DNA from: Perna viridis
Lineage: Eukaryota
Direction of reading: 5' to 3'
DNA: 64,000 nt
Assembly (NCBI GenBank): GCA_037379345.1
Contig: CM074520.1
Coordinates: 2,294,001-2,358,000, forward strand
The notes beneath the pieces are model-generated. The model saw nothing but the letters and a program-made list of their open reading frames with translations, was not told the DNA's origin and searched no databases. The position numbers and the translations under genes are program-made. Below, in pieces: positions 50,149 through 64,000 of the stretch; the first letter of the stretch is position 1; every line of letters begins with the position of its first letter.

Positions 50149-53100
50149 CTAAACCAAACAAATTGCAACAATGTCATAGAAATATTTAAACTTGTAACAT
50201 TTTTAATTTGTTTTGATAATAAATTGTCTTATAGTTAAAAAACAATTTAAAATGACATTGTTCATTTGATGCCACAAAGTCATCAGGAGTCTTTTCCTGG
50301 GTTACTAGGCATTTAGAAAGACTAATATGTCAACAATTGTTCATTCAGTGACAAAAACATGAACAATTAAATCTGGATATTGAAATTTTTTTTTATCAAA
50401 GTAGAGTACACAATTTTACTTGCTCATCAAGTTATAAAGTAAGTAGACAACATTTTACTGTACTCATTATTGAACAAGAAGAACATCCTAAAAGGCTGAA
50501 GTCGAATACAGACAAGTCAGCCTACAGAATCTGTTTTATCACTTATATTTTCCCGTTTTTACTTAGAGCATATTGAGGGACCAAATATCTAATGTCTCCC
50601 ATAGGGTGAAGCACAACTTTTCTCCACTATCTATGGAAATTTCTAGGAGAGGAATAAAAATATTAATATTTTTATTATCATTAAACCTATTTTTGACTTT
50701 TGACGATACTTGATCTTAACATGGAAAATGTACATGCCAGTGAAAAGCTGATGGTTAATACGATTTGTAAATTATTGAGGCAGTTTGCTGTAAGGATTAG
50801 ATTAAGTGTCTAAAAATCAATAAACTTTCATTCATTTACAACTGATAGATGACACCCTAGTGAATTCTGTTCAGAAAAACAATTGTTGCTTTGTGATATC
50901 GGAAAACCATTGTCCCCAATGTTTGAATATTGTATTTATACCAATTGGTGTCTTAGAATGGAATTACCACGTCCCATAACTGTAATGTCAATTTTGTATG
51001 TGATTTAAAAAAAATCAAAGAAAGTCAATGGGTTTAAAGATGGATTGCGTCGCAGGGGTTGCATTCACATCAAAAACTGAATTTACTGTACAAAGAGTTC
51101 AGTCTTGACTTGTCCTTATAAATAAGAATATAGAGATGTTCTCACATAAAATTGATATGAAGGGAAAATAAGATTTTCTTATGCTCATTAGGGATCGCTA
51201 TTTTGAATGTGATAATGTCTACTTAACCCTCAAAACAAGTATTATTTAATAAGGTGGGCAATAAATACAAAACTGAGAAATAAATATGTTGCTTTCTTAA
51301 AGTTTAGTGTCTTTGATATCCAAGTTTTCCTGCAGCATTCCTTTCAGAATTTCAAATACTCCTTTTCATTTTAAAATGAGAGAATAGAAAAATTTAAGTT
51401 ATAGAGAGTCTCAGCACTTTTCTTTTAACCACATAATTACATTTTGGGCTATTTACTGCTAGCTGGCCCGTTCTGTCACAATATTCCACTCACTAACCAC
51501 CTTATATGGAAAAATTACAGAACACAATTCTAAAAAAAACATCTGTTCAATTCATATAACAGAATTACTACAAATGGAAACTTGTCAAATTCAATTTCAA
51601 ATTGTGATAAATGGTCAGAAAAACTGGAATTCTGTCAACTGAAAAAGACATTACAGATACCAATTACAATCAGAATCAATGTTCAGGCAGGGTAAATAGA
51701 CAAATTAATTACTGTCGCTCTGAAACTAAGTGCAGAATACAACTGCATGAATTGTTAATATAATGTGCTGCAATTTTTGCAATTAAGCACTTTACACTGG
51801 TGTCTTGATTTTAATTCAAAAATCAGTTTGAAATGATTTGAAAGCCTACTACAAACTCTATCAGAACTTCATGGTTCCAAAAACTTCTATTAGTTAATAG
51901 AAATCCACTATTTCATTCAGGGATCTTCTTTTAAAGTTTAATCATTAATGAAAAATAAACATTCAATAAATAATAACATTTTGTAGTTAGCCAAATAGTT
52001 AAAATGGACACCCTGTGACGAATTAGAACTTTCTCAACAATTTACTTAATATCATATAATATATTCAGTATAGAAACATGTCATTAAAATGCATCAGAAA
52101 TCAAAATATACCAATGAAACACCTGATAAATGCTCCTGTTAATGGCTATGATGGAAATGCACAAGAACAGTTCCAATATCAACCGATTAGCAATTTTCTG
52201 ATGCAAACAAGATCCAATCTTGGGCATAAGTCACAGGCAAAAACAAATCATACTGTCCTTTTTAAGATTAATGACCTCATTTCATCAGGGACATTGCAAA
52301 TGATCAATCTTGTACGACAATCCAAAGACATTCTACGGAACTCGACTAGAGTCGTTTTTCATCAAATTTCTAATTCGACACAGATTATATTACAGCACTT
52401 AAAATAAACTACACCAATTACGGGAAAAACTTTCCAAGATTTCACGTTCCATTTCCTGTCATGTCACGGCTAATCTCAACCCATCAGTACTTCAGACCAA
52501 TCAAATAAAATAAACCCATTACATTATGGTTTTAAAATGTACAACTTCTCCAAACAGGGACAATAGTTAGGACACTGCACTGTTTTATGTTTCAACATAA
52601 TAAAATAAACATTAAATTAGGTTTTGAGAATTATTTCACGAAAATCTTTCAATTTATACGTCCCAACAGTGGGGTTTTAGTGATGACTAACTAAAATTTA
52701 ATTTCTCTGAGTCATAATAAAGGACATTTTCCAGATAAAATTGTCTCTGATTTTGATAGAGTTCATCCAATTCTTTACGATATGGCTCATTTCTCACCAA
52801 TTATTACATGGCATGATAGACAGAATCAATTCAGCTAAGAACTCCGCTCTCCCTTGCATCATAAAAGATGCCCATACAAAAGTTAATATTCCTCCGCTAG
52901 TATATTATCTGTGAGTCGCTTCATAGCAGATGATTTTATTTGTAGTAATTTATACAGCAGGATTCAGATCAAGATTCTACAACAATTTTAATTGTTTTCC
53001 GAACAAAATACAACTACGATTACTTTCCTGCTTAAATGACTATGTTTGTATAGTTAGGGTAAATAAAACACTACTACAGCAATAAAAAGTCTCTCCAAAC

Positions 53101-53771
53101 CTTTTAATTAAGCAATCCCCCTTTAGAAGTGAAAGTGACATCAGCTCCAATATTATCTATGATCTATTGTTGTGTATAATTACTTGGATCCAGAAGATTT
53201 TTCAAAAAACAGCAAATTAAACCTTGATTTTAAATGATGTTTGAGATCTGACATTTAACTTCAGCCTTTAAATTAAAGTAATGAAGTTTCCAAAACAAGA
53301 GGGAATTTCTGGAAAATTGGTTCTATTTATTTCCTTGGAATTTAAAGATAAGGTTTTTAATTGACACTGTATAATTGAGATTGCTTCGACCTAAATTGTG
53401 TGGGAAGTTAGTAATCCGTTATTCTCCATGCCACTGATGCATTATGGGTAGTTATTTAATATTATAGCATGTTTAACTTTCTAAAAGTCCTGATGCACTT
53501 TGAAAAATGCTTTTTTTTATCATAAAATTGAAGAAGCTTTTATTGAGGTAATGAAAGTTGACTGAAATTCAAACAGAACTCAATCTGTACAGCTGGCCTA
53601 AAAGCATTATACACAGGTACAGGGACTTAGTTTGTACCATTCTTTTCTATTGAGAATTTATTTTTATGACATCTACTAAGACATTCAAGTTATTTTTTTG
53701 GCTATATTACAATGATCTACCATAAAGAAAAAAAAAGAAGTCTGTTTACATTCTGGTTGAAGAACACTTAC

Positions 53772-53876
53772 GATCATTACAGTCCCATCCATCAAAGCCT
53801 GCATAACAAAAACATTTCCCCTGGATACAGTCACCATGGCCTGAACAGTCGTTTGGACAGTCACTCACTACATTAA
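53772..53876 (-). CDS. Ten-m: Teneurin exon (EGF1)
   Basis: CPNDCSGHGDCIQGKCFCYAGFDGWDC; phase 1-1. Confidence 0.93.
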
Positions 53877-54383
53877 CTGTAATTATATGCAAACATATAT
53901 ACCCTAAACATGAACACAGCATTAAAAGATCTGTTACATTCTTTTTTTTAAAACAGACATGGCTAATATGATTATCTACTTCAGTCTTTTAAGTACTTTC
54001 AAGAGGTTAGAATATTTATGTACAATAATCAAAATATCCACATCTGGAAGACAATTAAACTATTATTCCACATTGAGTTTTTTTATCTTTTGAATTGTTC
54101 TGCCCAGGACAATAACTCTCATGATAGACAAGTATCCAACTTACAACAGATAAATCTATTTTCTTTTCTAATTTACCTCCTAAGAGTAAAATTTAACACT
54201 ATCAACTGGATGTTGTAGATTTTTTTGTCAATTCTAAAAAGTGAACACTTGTACACTACAATATAAACTGATAAGATGAGGAAAATCCACTTAGAGTAAA
54301 ATGACAACTTATAAATTATCATTTTTTTTTATTTTTCATATTAGAGAACGGACCAAATTTGCAGCAACTCATAATATTTAGTA

Positions 54384-54557
54384 AAACCAGTCATAACCAA
54401 AGCATGTATGGAATGGAAACCAGTCATAACCAAAGCATGTATGGAATGGAAACCAGTCATAACCAAAGAATGTATGAAATGGAAACCAGTCTTTACCAAA
54501 GCATGTATGAAATGGAAACCAGCCATAACCAAAGAATGTATGGAATGGAAACCAGTC
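54384..54557. repeat. 33-bp minisatellite, ~5 copies
   Basis: AAACCAGTCATAACCAAAGCATGTATGGAATGG. Confidence 0.92.
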
Positions 54558-54586
54558 TAAACAACATATTGTCTTGAGTTTTTTTT

Positions 54587-54985
54587 GTACTGTTTGGACA
54601 ACCCCATAGCTCAAACTGGTACTGTTTGGACAACCCTATTGCTCAAACTGGTACTGTTTGGACAACCCCATTGCTCAAACTGGTACTGTTTGGACAACCC
54701 CATAGCTCAAAGTGGTACTGTTTGGACAACCCCACTGCTCAAACTGGTACTGTTTGGACAATCCCATTGCTCAAAGTGGTACTGTTTGGACAACCCCATA
54801 GCTCAAAGTGGTATTGTTTAGACAACCCCATTGCTCAAAGTGATTCTGTTTGGACAACCCTATTGCTCAAAGTGGTACTGTTAGGACAACCTCATTGCGC
54901 AAACTGGTACCATTGGGACAACCCCATTGCTCAAACTGGTACCATTTGGACAACCCTATTGCTCAAACTGGTATCATTTGGACAA
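54587..54985. repeat. 32-bp minisatellite, ~12 copies
   Basis: GTACTGTTTGGACAACCCCATTGCTCAAACTG. Confidence 0.93.
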
Positions 54986-55009
54986 GTTTCCCTTTTACAA
55001 TAGACTTAC

Positions 55010-55139
55010 AATCCTCTCCTGTTTTGAATGTGATGTACTGTGGAAAGTTCCTGTCATTGTAGATATTAATATACCATTTCCCTCGCTTCAGGTTCTGGAC
55101 AAATCCTGTCTCTTTACCATAGTAATAACTCCTTCTATC
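55010..55139 (-). CDS. Ten-m: Teneurin exon (juxtamembrane ectodomain)
   Basis: ETGFVQNLKRGKWYINIYND; phase 0-1. Confidence 0.92.
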
Positions 55140-56218
55140 CTAAAACAACAATATAAGTTTTAAGTACATATGTACTCAGTTGAAAACTTTGAAGCAAAGA
55201 CATGTTACAGTTAAGGTTACTATCCCTTTTGTTCAGTACAGTTTTAGAATGTGGAAAAGAAAACTACACTTCAACAATGCTTTCAGATAAGTTATGAATG
55301 ATGTCAGTTACTGTAACTGTTTAGAAAGTGCACTGGCACATGATCATAAGAAACCAATTGGATATAATGATAACCCCTTTTGAATTACTTCAAATAAGAT
55401 GTCTAGGAAGTTTACTGCTTAATACTCAGAATAGATTTAAAAATAGAAATCCCCAACCCCAGTAGGACTGTAAACATGTTTATCCACTGGTTCCATTATC
55501 TTTATTTCCAAGAATCTCGACATCTTCTTGGTTCATCATGCAAATCTATATATTTATATGAAAACTACTTTCATATAAAAATTCCTTAAAATCAATTAAA
55601 TCTTTAATGAGATGTTATACTAACACCATATATGGATGGAGGGGCGGACAGACAAAGCGATTATCCCCTCCCTCCAGCTTTGTTTGTGGATTTATGATCA
55701 AAATATTCAATAACACTCATATCTATTCTATTTCACACTTTGAAGCATCCATAATTCTATGAGTTTTCATCATTTATTTCAACTCCCCTAAGAAACCCAA
55801 ATGACATTTCAAAGGACTGTTCTTTTATAGATGAAAATTACATTTTTGCTTTTTCTTTAAACTAGTCTGAAGTATGTCATTTCAATAATCCATTTAGACA
55901 ATAATTCCTCTACCTTTCTGACATGCTAATCTATTTGTGGAGTTTAAATTAGTTACATAAAGTGATGTGAAAGATGTGTTTTATTTCTGATAACTTTATT
56001 GTATTTTTATGGCATTCTGTACATCTGCACTAATCTTATTTAATGTAAGATATTAGAACTTCTCAAACTGAACTTTCTAATTTCTTATCCTGACTCTATT
56101 TTCAGAGATTTATATAAGGGATTGGGGTGGTTTGTTCCAGAAAATTATAAAAGGGGAGGGGGGTTAAGCTGACATCTGTTCATATTGCCCTCTAACCGCG
56201 CCTGATCCTTTTTCTTAC

Positions 56219-56475
56219 CCTATTGACAGATCTGGTTTTCCTTACTGGTATTCTGCTTCCATCTAATACCTCAAAGAAGTCATACTGTACTATGGATGGT
56301 TTCATTCCCCTGCGTCCATAAACCCCAATGATAGCACTACTTGGAATGGTAAAATTGAATTTGACACGTTTATCTGTGTCTTGGTCAAAATTCAAAGACC
56401 AGAAAGACTTAGGTGGAATTTGTTGTTTGGTATTAATATCCCCTATCTGAAAATATGTGGGACCAACAGTTGAAC
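56219..56475 (-). CDS. Ten-m: Teneurin exon (juxtamembrane ectodomain, furin site RKTR)
   Basis: QIPPKSFW...GVYGRRGMKPSIVQYDFFEVLDG; phase 1-0. Confidence 0.93.
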
Positions 56476-56701
56476 CTGAAAAAGAACAAGGGATTTCATG
56501 AATACCAATTAATCGAAGTCAAGTAGAAACTTAATAAAAGCTTAGATATGAAATCTAATAAAAAAAACTCCATACCTAGGAGATGAAACATTTGATTCAC
56601 CAAGAAATAATTAAGAAAATATCATGTATCATGACAAGCAACTCCAAATTAAAGGTGAAAAAAAAATTAAAAACACTTCCCAGTTTCAAGACTATATTTA
56701 C

Positions 56702-56767
56702 CTAAAGGACTAGAAGTATTCAAGGCAACAGCTGTCACTGGGTCTTTTTCTTTGAACACCATGGCAG
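56702..56767 (-). CDS. Ten-m: Teneurin 66-nt exon after the TM helix
   Basis: tttgtttcag|..AMVFKEKDPVTAVALNTSSPL G|GTAAAT; phase 1-1. Confidence 0.75.
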
Positions 56768-57446
56768 CTGAAACAAAAAGTACCACTTTTTTTTAACATT
56801 ATTAGTTTTGAAAGATTTCTTTTTGTCCCTTCACTTTCGCTAAACAAGCAATTGAAGGGTAAAAGAAAACATCTAATAGTTGTATAATATAAAACAAAGG
56901 CATGTCTATCCTGATATTTCACATACTGAGATTAAAACCTAATAGTTTACCAATCTCTCAACATCAATAAAAACTCTGATGAAGTTGGATTAACTTTGAT
57001 CATTAAAATTATTAGGAATAAGTAAATAGATAATTATTTAGGTTTAAAATGAGCTTTTCTTAATACAGTAAGCATTAATAAGTTATATTTAAAAAGACTT
57101 TTTAGATTTACTTGTGGATTATTTTCATTGTTTTTTTACAATTGTTATGTATGTCTATAACTTAAAGGGTTACAAGCAATCAGAAGGTGGATCACAGGCT
57201 GAAGTAAATTGTTAATATTTGACCACATTTCAGATTTTACATTTATTGGATGAACTGCTGGAATTAAGTGTTATTTGCACTGCACTACTGTCAATACCAA
57301 ACCCATAGTACATGTACATGTACCCACTTAGAAACTAATATTTGTAATTTGGTTTTTCTAGCAGAGTGCATAGAAATTCAAAACCATAAAAAATAAATAT
57401 GCTTTCTAACTACAATCATATAATCTATCTAAAACTTATACCATAC

Positions 57447-57658
57447 CTGCAAAATACAATGTACATGCTAACAATATCACACAGACAGCTACGAGAATAA
57501 GTGCTGTGCAGCGCCAAGAGCATCCTCTTGATAGTTTCTTCATGTGTTTTCCCGTACAATTAAACTTTGAATAATAATAGTCGTCCACCAGGGGAGGAGG
57601 ATATCCACTCATTAAATGTTGTTGTTGGCACGTGAATCCAGGGTGAGTGAAGGCATGT
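57447..57658 (-). CDS. Ten-m: Teneurin transmembrane exon
   Basis: RGCSWRCTALILVAVCVILLACTLYFA; phase 2-1. Confidence 0.93.
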
Positions 57659-59775
57659 CTAAAAAAATATTTAATTGACATTATACTTCCTGGTTGATAA
57701 AGCAAGATCTTGGAAGCTCAACTTTTCATTCTTATCTTCAACAAAAGGGTTTCAGTAAAATGTCAACAGTAATGTTTCCAAGAACAAGAGTTTCACCTTA
57801 AAGTAATTTATTCCAGGGAAGTTCCATGCAATAAATCACCTACCAAGAAACTGCAGGAAAGTTTTACTGCTGAAATGGCACTGTGAAAGAATTGCTCTTA
57901 TCAAAACATTGTGCATCTCACAGTTTAAAGTTTCTGAAATGAATCGGGCTACAAACGTCTTAGTAGCTAAGTGTCACTGATGAAACTCAACCTGTCAAAG
58001 GCTGGTACATCACTAGTGACACCAACCAATTAAAATCCTGTTAAGTCTTACGCAATTAAAATCCCAATCTCCATCAGATTCACAAGTTACAATCATCAAA
58101 TTAAAACAAAATTGTCTCTTGGTTCTCAGCACAATATCACTGATGCTTTATTGGACCTCTCGCTGACTTGAAAAAGTTTATGATTCAAAAACTCAAAGAT
58201 GACGCAAGAAAAAAGTCAGTAAAATAACATCAAGAGCAAATAACATAGCTAGACAGTCATAATAAATTGGCAGGAAACATTCCTCTACGAAATTTTCTGT
58301 TTAAAATACCACTAGTTGCAGTTTTGACTGCGACCGTAACAACCCTGTGACAATATCGATAAACACCGTGAACTAATCATCTATATTGTTCGCTTCCTTT
58401 GGATTATTGCTTTTAAAAACCCTAATTAAAGCATCCCTGGTGAATAACGCTCTGTGGAAAGTAATCGGCAATGATACATTGCTGGCTACGAAATCTTTAC
58501 ACCACTGCTTTAGTCATTTAATTCATTTTCCTTACTATTGTCAACTTCAATTATGTATTGTAACTACAATGGACGAATGTCACCAACATTGCACGACTGC
58601 ATGGGACATGCACATTACATTCTCAATGGATTGAGATGAGAGAGACAGAGGTATCAATAGCATCTTTTTAATGCACTTAGGGAAAACATAGTCACAGGGA
58701 TAAAGTGGAATGGGAGAAAAACTGTCAATCTATCGGATCAATTTACTTAATTAGAATATGGGCATTAATAATTTCACTAATAATTCATCATTTTTACACT
58801 TAGTTTTTCATCCATTTATCACCATTAAGAAGTAAAATGTTAATATAGTGATAAATTTCTTAACTATTGAGGGCTTATTTGATATTTTGAAATTTTTTTT
58901 AGCTAATGGCGTTTTCGTCCTAAAAATTTATGACTACATCAAGACTTCAGAATTTCAGAACAATTACCCATAAATCTTCATTGTTATGCAGTTATTCTGA
59001 AAGATATCCATTTCACATTATTAGACTTTCATTAATTTGTTATTTTAAAGTCATAACTTAGCTTTAGGAAATCAGTCACTGGCTTAGACCTGCAATGGCC
59101 ATGTTTATGACTGTAAACTTAATAAATCTAAATATATGCCACTTTATAAAAAGTTTCAGTGAAATTGGAGATATAATTCTACAAAATATAAACAAATTTG
59201 GTTGGGAAGAGGAAATTGGTTTCTAATGTTACATGATGCTCATGTTTTTCTACGGAAATTAATGGGATGGCTATGATCAGGTTTCTATGTAAGGATAGGA
59301 GGAATGATCCATATATAAATGTGAGATCTCTATTTCATTCTGAATTCAGATAAAGGAAAAATTATTGCTACTTAACAGTTTTTTTTTATTTTGTTTTCAT
59401 TACCTTGAAAGACTCGAGGTTATTTCTATAAAATATGAAGACAAAAAACATTGCTGGAAGCCTATAAAATTGTAACATCATCCTCCATGATCACAGTTCC
59501 GTTGATTTCCGTGTTCACTTACCATCAATTAGTGGGCACCGTAAAATACATCACATCTCTTGTCAAAGTAATGGAATAAGACAATATTATAGTGACAGAG
59601 AACTGATAGAAATGGTCAATGTCTATTGGTCATTTAAAGGATGATTATTCATACCGTACTGGGTTAGGTCTATTATCACAGGTTTACTACTGGGAGTACA
59701 GTATAGTGTAAGTTCTACTCCCTATTTAGGGTTATGTAGTGAATGCTATCAGAGTTGCCACTTTTTGAGTTGTTG

Positions 59776-59941
59776 AAGAGTAATCAAGGGAACAAGGTTT
59801 CAGTGGTAATGAAAAGAATGCAATCCAGGGACAAAGACCAGACATGGAAAACAGACATACACTACAAAGAACAACAAAGAACATAAATCATACATACAAA
59901 GTAACAAAAGCAAATGAGCAACTCCGACTCCACTAAAAACT
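59776..59941 (-). mobile_element. Penelope-like 3' tail fragment
   Basis: Homologous to 16720-16887 and 7713-7827, with the same GATTACTCTT end. Confidence 0.7.
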
Positions 59942-62295
59942 GAAGACATTTTCTACATATCTACCTATGGAGGGCTTAAACAGGGAACATCATAGAAAGG
60001 CCCTTTAACTTCTTCTAGTCCAAATTGTTTTGTGGCAATCTATCAAAGTTATGTTTATTTTTTATCTGAAGGGACAAAATGAGTAAAAGAACTGACATAA
60101 AACACTAAAAATCAATACATAAATTCCAATAAAAACAAATACTCTCATTTCCTGCATTCATTTACCTTCAATTAGTGGCATAAGACATGAGGTCTCATGT
60201 TACGATAATGTTATCAGACAACTCCAAAATGACAAAAGCATGGAAAACTGATGAAAATGACCAATGTCTACAGAAAATTGATAGGAGACGAAGTAAGACT
60301 GTAATGAAAATGGTCAAAGACTTGGCAATGATGAATCTAAAAAATACAATGTACTTATCTGGGCAAATAAAATAAGAAATTTGTCTCTCAATGATATATC
60401 AGGAAAACAGACCATGACATATTCTTGTTATGAGAAAAGATGAACAGTACAGAACCCACTCATAGATAAAAGGGCTATCAATAAACTATCACGTAATTGG
60501 TAACAGCATGGGTCCGTAATGTAGGCTGGTTTAATCATTGGTATACCTGATAGATAGGTCTAGTAATTGTATATAGTTGTATACTTAGTGCTAAAAGGAC
60601 AGGAAGCAACAGATCTTTTATAATTAGAAAATGAACACAAAAAAAAAAAAAAAAAAAAAATGTTTCCTAATAAGCACATCTTTATTTGTAAACAACAGAT
60701 ATTTTAAATGACAAAAAAAAATAAAAAAATCCAAATGGATATAGCAATGAAAGCAACCTTTACACATCAAATAGGTTCTTCTGATAATTTAATTAAACGA
60801 AAAAAAAAAAGGTCAATATTAAGGAACAAGACATCTAGTTTACATAGGTCATTGTATAGTATTTTTTTATTCTTTTGCCTTCTTCCATGAATATCAAAGA
60901 GGATGAAATGCATTTCTTTACTTTTTATAAACCAGAAAAGGTTTGCATATACATTCTCCAGCTAAGAAAAAAAATGTGCTGTTTTGTTTTTATTAGATCT
61001 ATACTGCATGACAAAAAGGAATGAATTAATTTACAAATGATAAAATAAGAGTCGAAGAACAGGTAATTATTTTCAGTTGGCCTTAATGATGAAAGAACCT
61101 TTCTGCACTAATAACAGAGATTCTAAATTTAATATGAAGAAAAAAAAACTAGAAATTATTTATAGTAGACCTTAATGGCAAAATAACCTTTCTGCACCAA
61201 TAATCAGGATTCTTAATGAAAGATCAAGAAGGACAAGAACTTAGAAATTATTTTAGTTGGCCTCAATGATAAAGTACTGACAAGAGAGCTCTTGTAATAT
61301 ACTGATACAAGACTATGTTCAGAAGATAACTGAAACTGAAATGGAGAACCAAAAATACAGATCTTATCATAACACAAATAGAAACTGTTTCAAATGTTGA
61401 TACCAATCTGTTTTCGTTTGGATAATAGATGCCTCATTTTCAATAACAATTTCTATTCTTTAAGCTACAGATCTTATCATTAAATCTAGACATAACAATC
61501 ATTATAAACTAAACACTTTACTGTCTCAAGATAATTCTGATATCATTTCAGAACTCATTTTTCCATAATCTTTGTTTTTCGGCTTTAGGTGCCATTCATT
61601 CATACCAAAATTGCATGTGTATCCATCTTATTTTTGTCATGTTTTGACATGATATCCCATTTCATTTATATATTGTTTGATAACCCAATTTTCTGTATCT
61701 TAACCCTCTGACCTCAGTGGTCCCTTATTTAATACTCCAAGATTTATTACATGTTCCCAGAGCAGTAGCCATCATACAAAGTTTCAAAATGATCTATCGA
61801 AAAATGACAATAGCAATTTTCTCCTATCTTCAAATAATAGTTCCATCCCATAAAACATTATAATCTGATAAAACATCAATAAAACTCATCCTAGAGCTAT
61901 TTCTAAGATATGCTGTTTGTTTTATAGTCATAATGCTACTTGTTTTTAGGATAATAGTGAGATAGCTTGCTAGCTATCAGGTGAATGACTTATAAGGGCA
62001 AATATCTGTAAATGGAATTACTATCAGTCAGTCACTATGGTTGATCAGCTTACAATAAACATTGCATGAAAAAAGAGAGATGTGATTCAGAATTAAAATG
62101 TTTCATTTAAACTCTGCTTTACCATCATAATTATTCACTACAAGTATCTTAACTACAGACAGACTGACAGACAGACAGACAACTATAACTATTCCCTGTA
62201 TAGGGCCATTTAAGGCCAATGATTTGTACAGCAGGTGCTTTGTTGATTTTTTTGTATTATTAGCCATAAGTGTGGACAGACAGACAGACATTTAC

Positions 62296-62425
62296 CTGTT
62301 ATCTAAATCATGACCATTTAGACAATGATTTGGTACTGTATTTGATGATCGTGTTTGGGGACTGGGTTTGTCCTGATTACAGGATCCTGAGCGGGGCACT
62401 GTTCTGGGAAAACGTGGTTGTCCAT
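62296..62425 (-). CDS. Ten-m: Teneurin intracellular-domain exon
   Basis: GQPRFPRTVPRSGS...HDLDN; phase 1-2 fits both neighbours. Confidence 0.85.
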
Positions 62426-62825
62426 CTAAAAAGAGACACAGTGATTAAAGATTTGTGAAGAACACAAAAAATGAAAGTTGTGTTTGAAAGAATAATTTAA
62501 TGAGGTAATTTTTAATGATGGAAATATATACAAGTACAGACAATACACAATGTATCACTGTACATTCAAATTAATCAGCAGAAGCAAGCATTTTGAAAGT
62601 GGATTTTATTTTTACTTTCCAGTGTCTGGTCAACTTTTATGTATCAGAAATAGTTTTTATTCATTCTATTCCCTGTCATTTTTCAAAGTTTCACATTGAT
62701 CTGTTTACCCAATTAAGATTTTCGACTTTTGTTATGAATGTATTATGTCAAACAGAGAGTAGAGGTATGCATAACAAAAACATGACATAACAAGAAATAA
62801 ATGTTTTCACTTAGTGGTACTTTAC

Positions 62826-63137
62826 CTGGGATATAAACATTTCCTGAGGCAGTTTGCTCTAAATAATGAGGTTCAAAATCACTTATCTCCCCTTCTGAGT
62901 ATGGACATTGCCGTGCCCGTGAGGAAGTATCCATGTCTGAGTAATGGCCCCTATGATAATGAGCGCTATATGAATCACCATACTGTCTGTGACACACACA
63001 AGTCTCTGCATCAGAATATGTCCCTCGATTAGAATTATGTCCGAGTGATCGCTGTTTCTGTAAGGGGGCCCGTCCTGGAATGTCTTCTATCGGGGGTGGT
63101 GGAGGAGGGGGAAGATATGGGAACGCAGGCGCTGTAG
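62826..63137 (-). CDS. Ten-m: Teneurin intracellular-domain exon (polyproline)
   Basis: YLPPPPPPP...DFEPHYLEQTASGNVYIP; phase 1-1. Confidence 0.9.
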
Positions 63138-63799
63138 CTAAAAATAGAAGAAAAGAACAAAATGCAAGATTTTAAAATTCGTTCAAATTTCTAGATTGCT
63201 TTGCTGTATTATGCTTTCTTTTCTAGTACAAATATTTGGTCTTTTAGAAACAATATATCTTCTTATTTGACAAGAATTACCTTCAAGATTCTTACTTTTA
63301 TTCTTTTAAACTTCTGTTATTCTTTGAAAAAGTCCTTCTTGAAAAAAATCACAACCTCTCATATAAATACATTTGTACTTTCTTTTCCACCTTCAGTTAT
63401 TTTTTTTTAAATTCCTTTCACAGTTCTTACAAAATTATAAAACACCAATTTTAAAGTCAGTGACAATATTTTTGGTTACAATAACAAATCACAGTAACTT
63501 GATATCTGCCAAAAAATATTCATGTGAAGAAAATGACACTTTAAATTATGGATAATTAACATAGTGAAGTTTTACTTTGTGACCTTGTTCACTGTGCAGA
63601 AAAATTCTGTGTATTATATAATAAATATTTTCTGCCTTGAACTGGGGTAATAATAATTGTTTTAAAACCTCCTTTCCTATAGAGGTATATTTGGTGTCAT
63701 TGCAATTTAAAATGAACATTTCTACCTGTTTTTTTTTTCTTTACAATTAATTTCAAAATTTGTGTAAAATATACATTATTAAGTCATGACTCCATCAAG

Positions 63800-64000
63800 T
63801 TTTGCCTACCTCCTCTGGAAGGACATTTTGCCTACCCCCTCTGGAAGGAGATTTGGCCTACCCCCTATGGAAGAAGATTTTGCCTACCCCCTCTGGAAGG
63901 AGATTTGGCCTACCCCCTATGGAAGAAGATTTTGCCTACCCCCTATGGAAGGAGATTTTGCCTACCCCCTCTGGAAGGAGATTTCGCCTACTCCCTCTGG
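63800..64000. repeat. 26-bp minisatellite running off the right edge
   Basis: ATTTTGCCTACCCCCTCTGGAAGGAG, ~8 copies. Confidence 0.92.

Larger units (their letters stand above)
21810..63137 (-). other. Ten-m: Teneurin gene (Ten-m/TENM-like), 24 constitutive coding exons in the window, 5' end outside it
   Basis: All introns GT-AG with matching phases; intracellular polyproline and TASGNVYIP, TM, 8 EGF (EGF2 and EGF5 with Cys>Tyr), NHL, YD repeats, Tox-GHH/TCAP. Confidence 0.97.

Noticed and set aside
52078-52407. 109-aa plus-strand intronic ORF or internal promoter
   Set aside because: No homology cues, and no phase-compatible donor for an alternative first coding exon
54341-55062. Several repetitive ORFs
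   Set aside because: Translations of the 33-bp and 32-bp minisatellites
57241-57279. 39-nt phase 1-1 open segment after the TM exon
   Set aside because: No polypyrimidine tract and a weak donor; likely chance

Overview
AT-rich, intron-rich animal genomic DNA. The repeat families suggest a bivalve mollusc, probably a mussel (inference). (1) 1398-1595(-): first coding exon of a RING/TRIM-like E3 ligase gene that runs off the left edge. (2) ~2-18.6 kb: a nested transposon block. It contains a Penelope-like RT remnant, hairpin MITEs and a decayed Ty3/Gypsy LTR retrotransposon (3249-12891). The Gypsy carries SINE, LINE, Penelope-tail and MITE insertions, and its 3' LTR is cut by a MULE-like DNA transposon. 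(3) 21810-63137(-): a teneurin (Ten-m/TENM-like) gene. I mapped 24 GT-AG exons with consistent phases (7739 nt, ~2578 aa), running from the intracellular domain through TM, 8 EGF, NHL and YD shell to Tox-GHH/TCAP; the 5' end lies beyond the window. Its introns hold a DIRS retroelement, a hAT-like MITE, SINEs and minisatellites. Best candidates for novelty: (a) a third Gypsy ORF in the env position, preceded by a splice acceptor and encoding two C2H2 zinc fingers; (b) candidate teneurin microexons and an alternative donor, including a Cys-containing 30-nt exon between EGF7 and EGF8 and a 23-nt stop exon that would remove Tox-GHH/TCAP; (c) a Penelope-tail/Gypsy chimera that looks like 3' transduction. 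All were read by eye and none has expression support.
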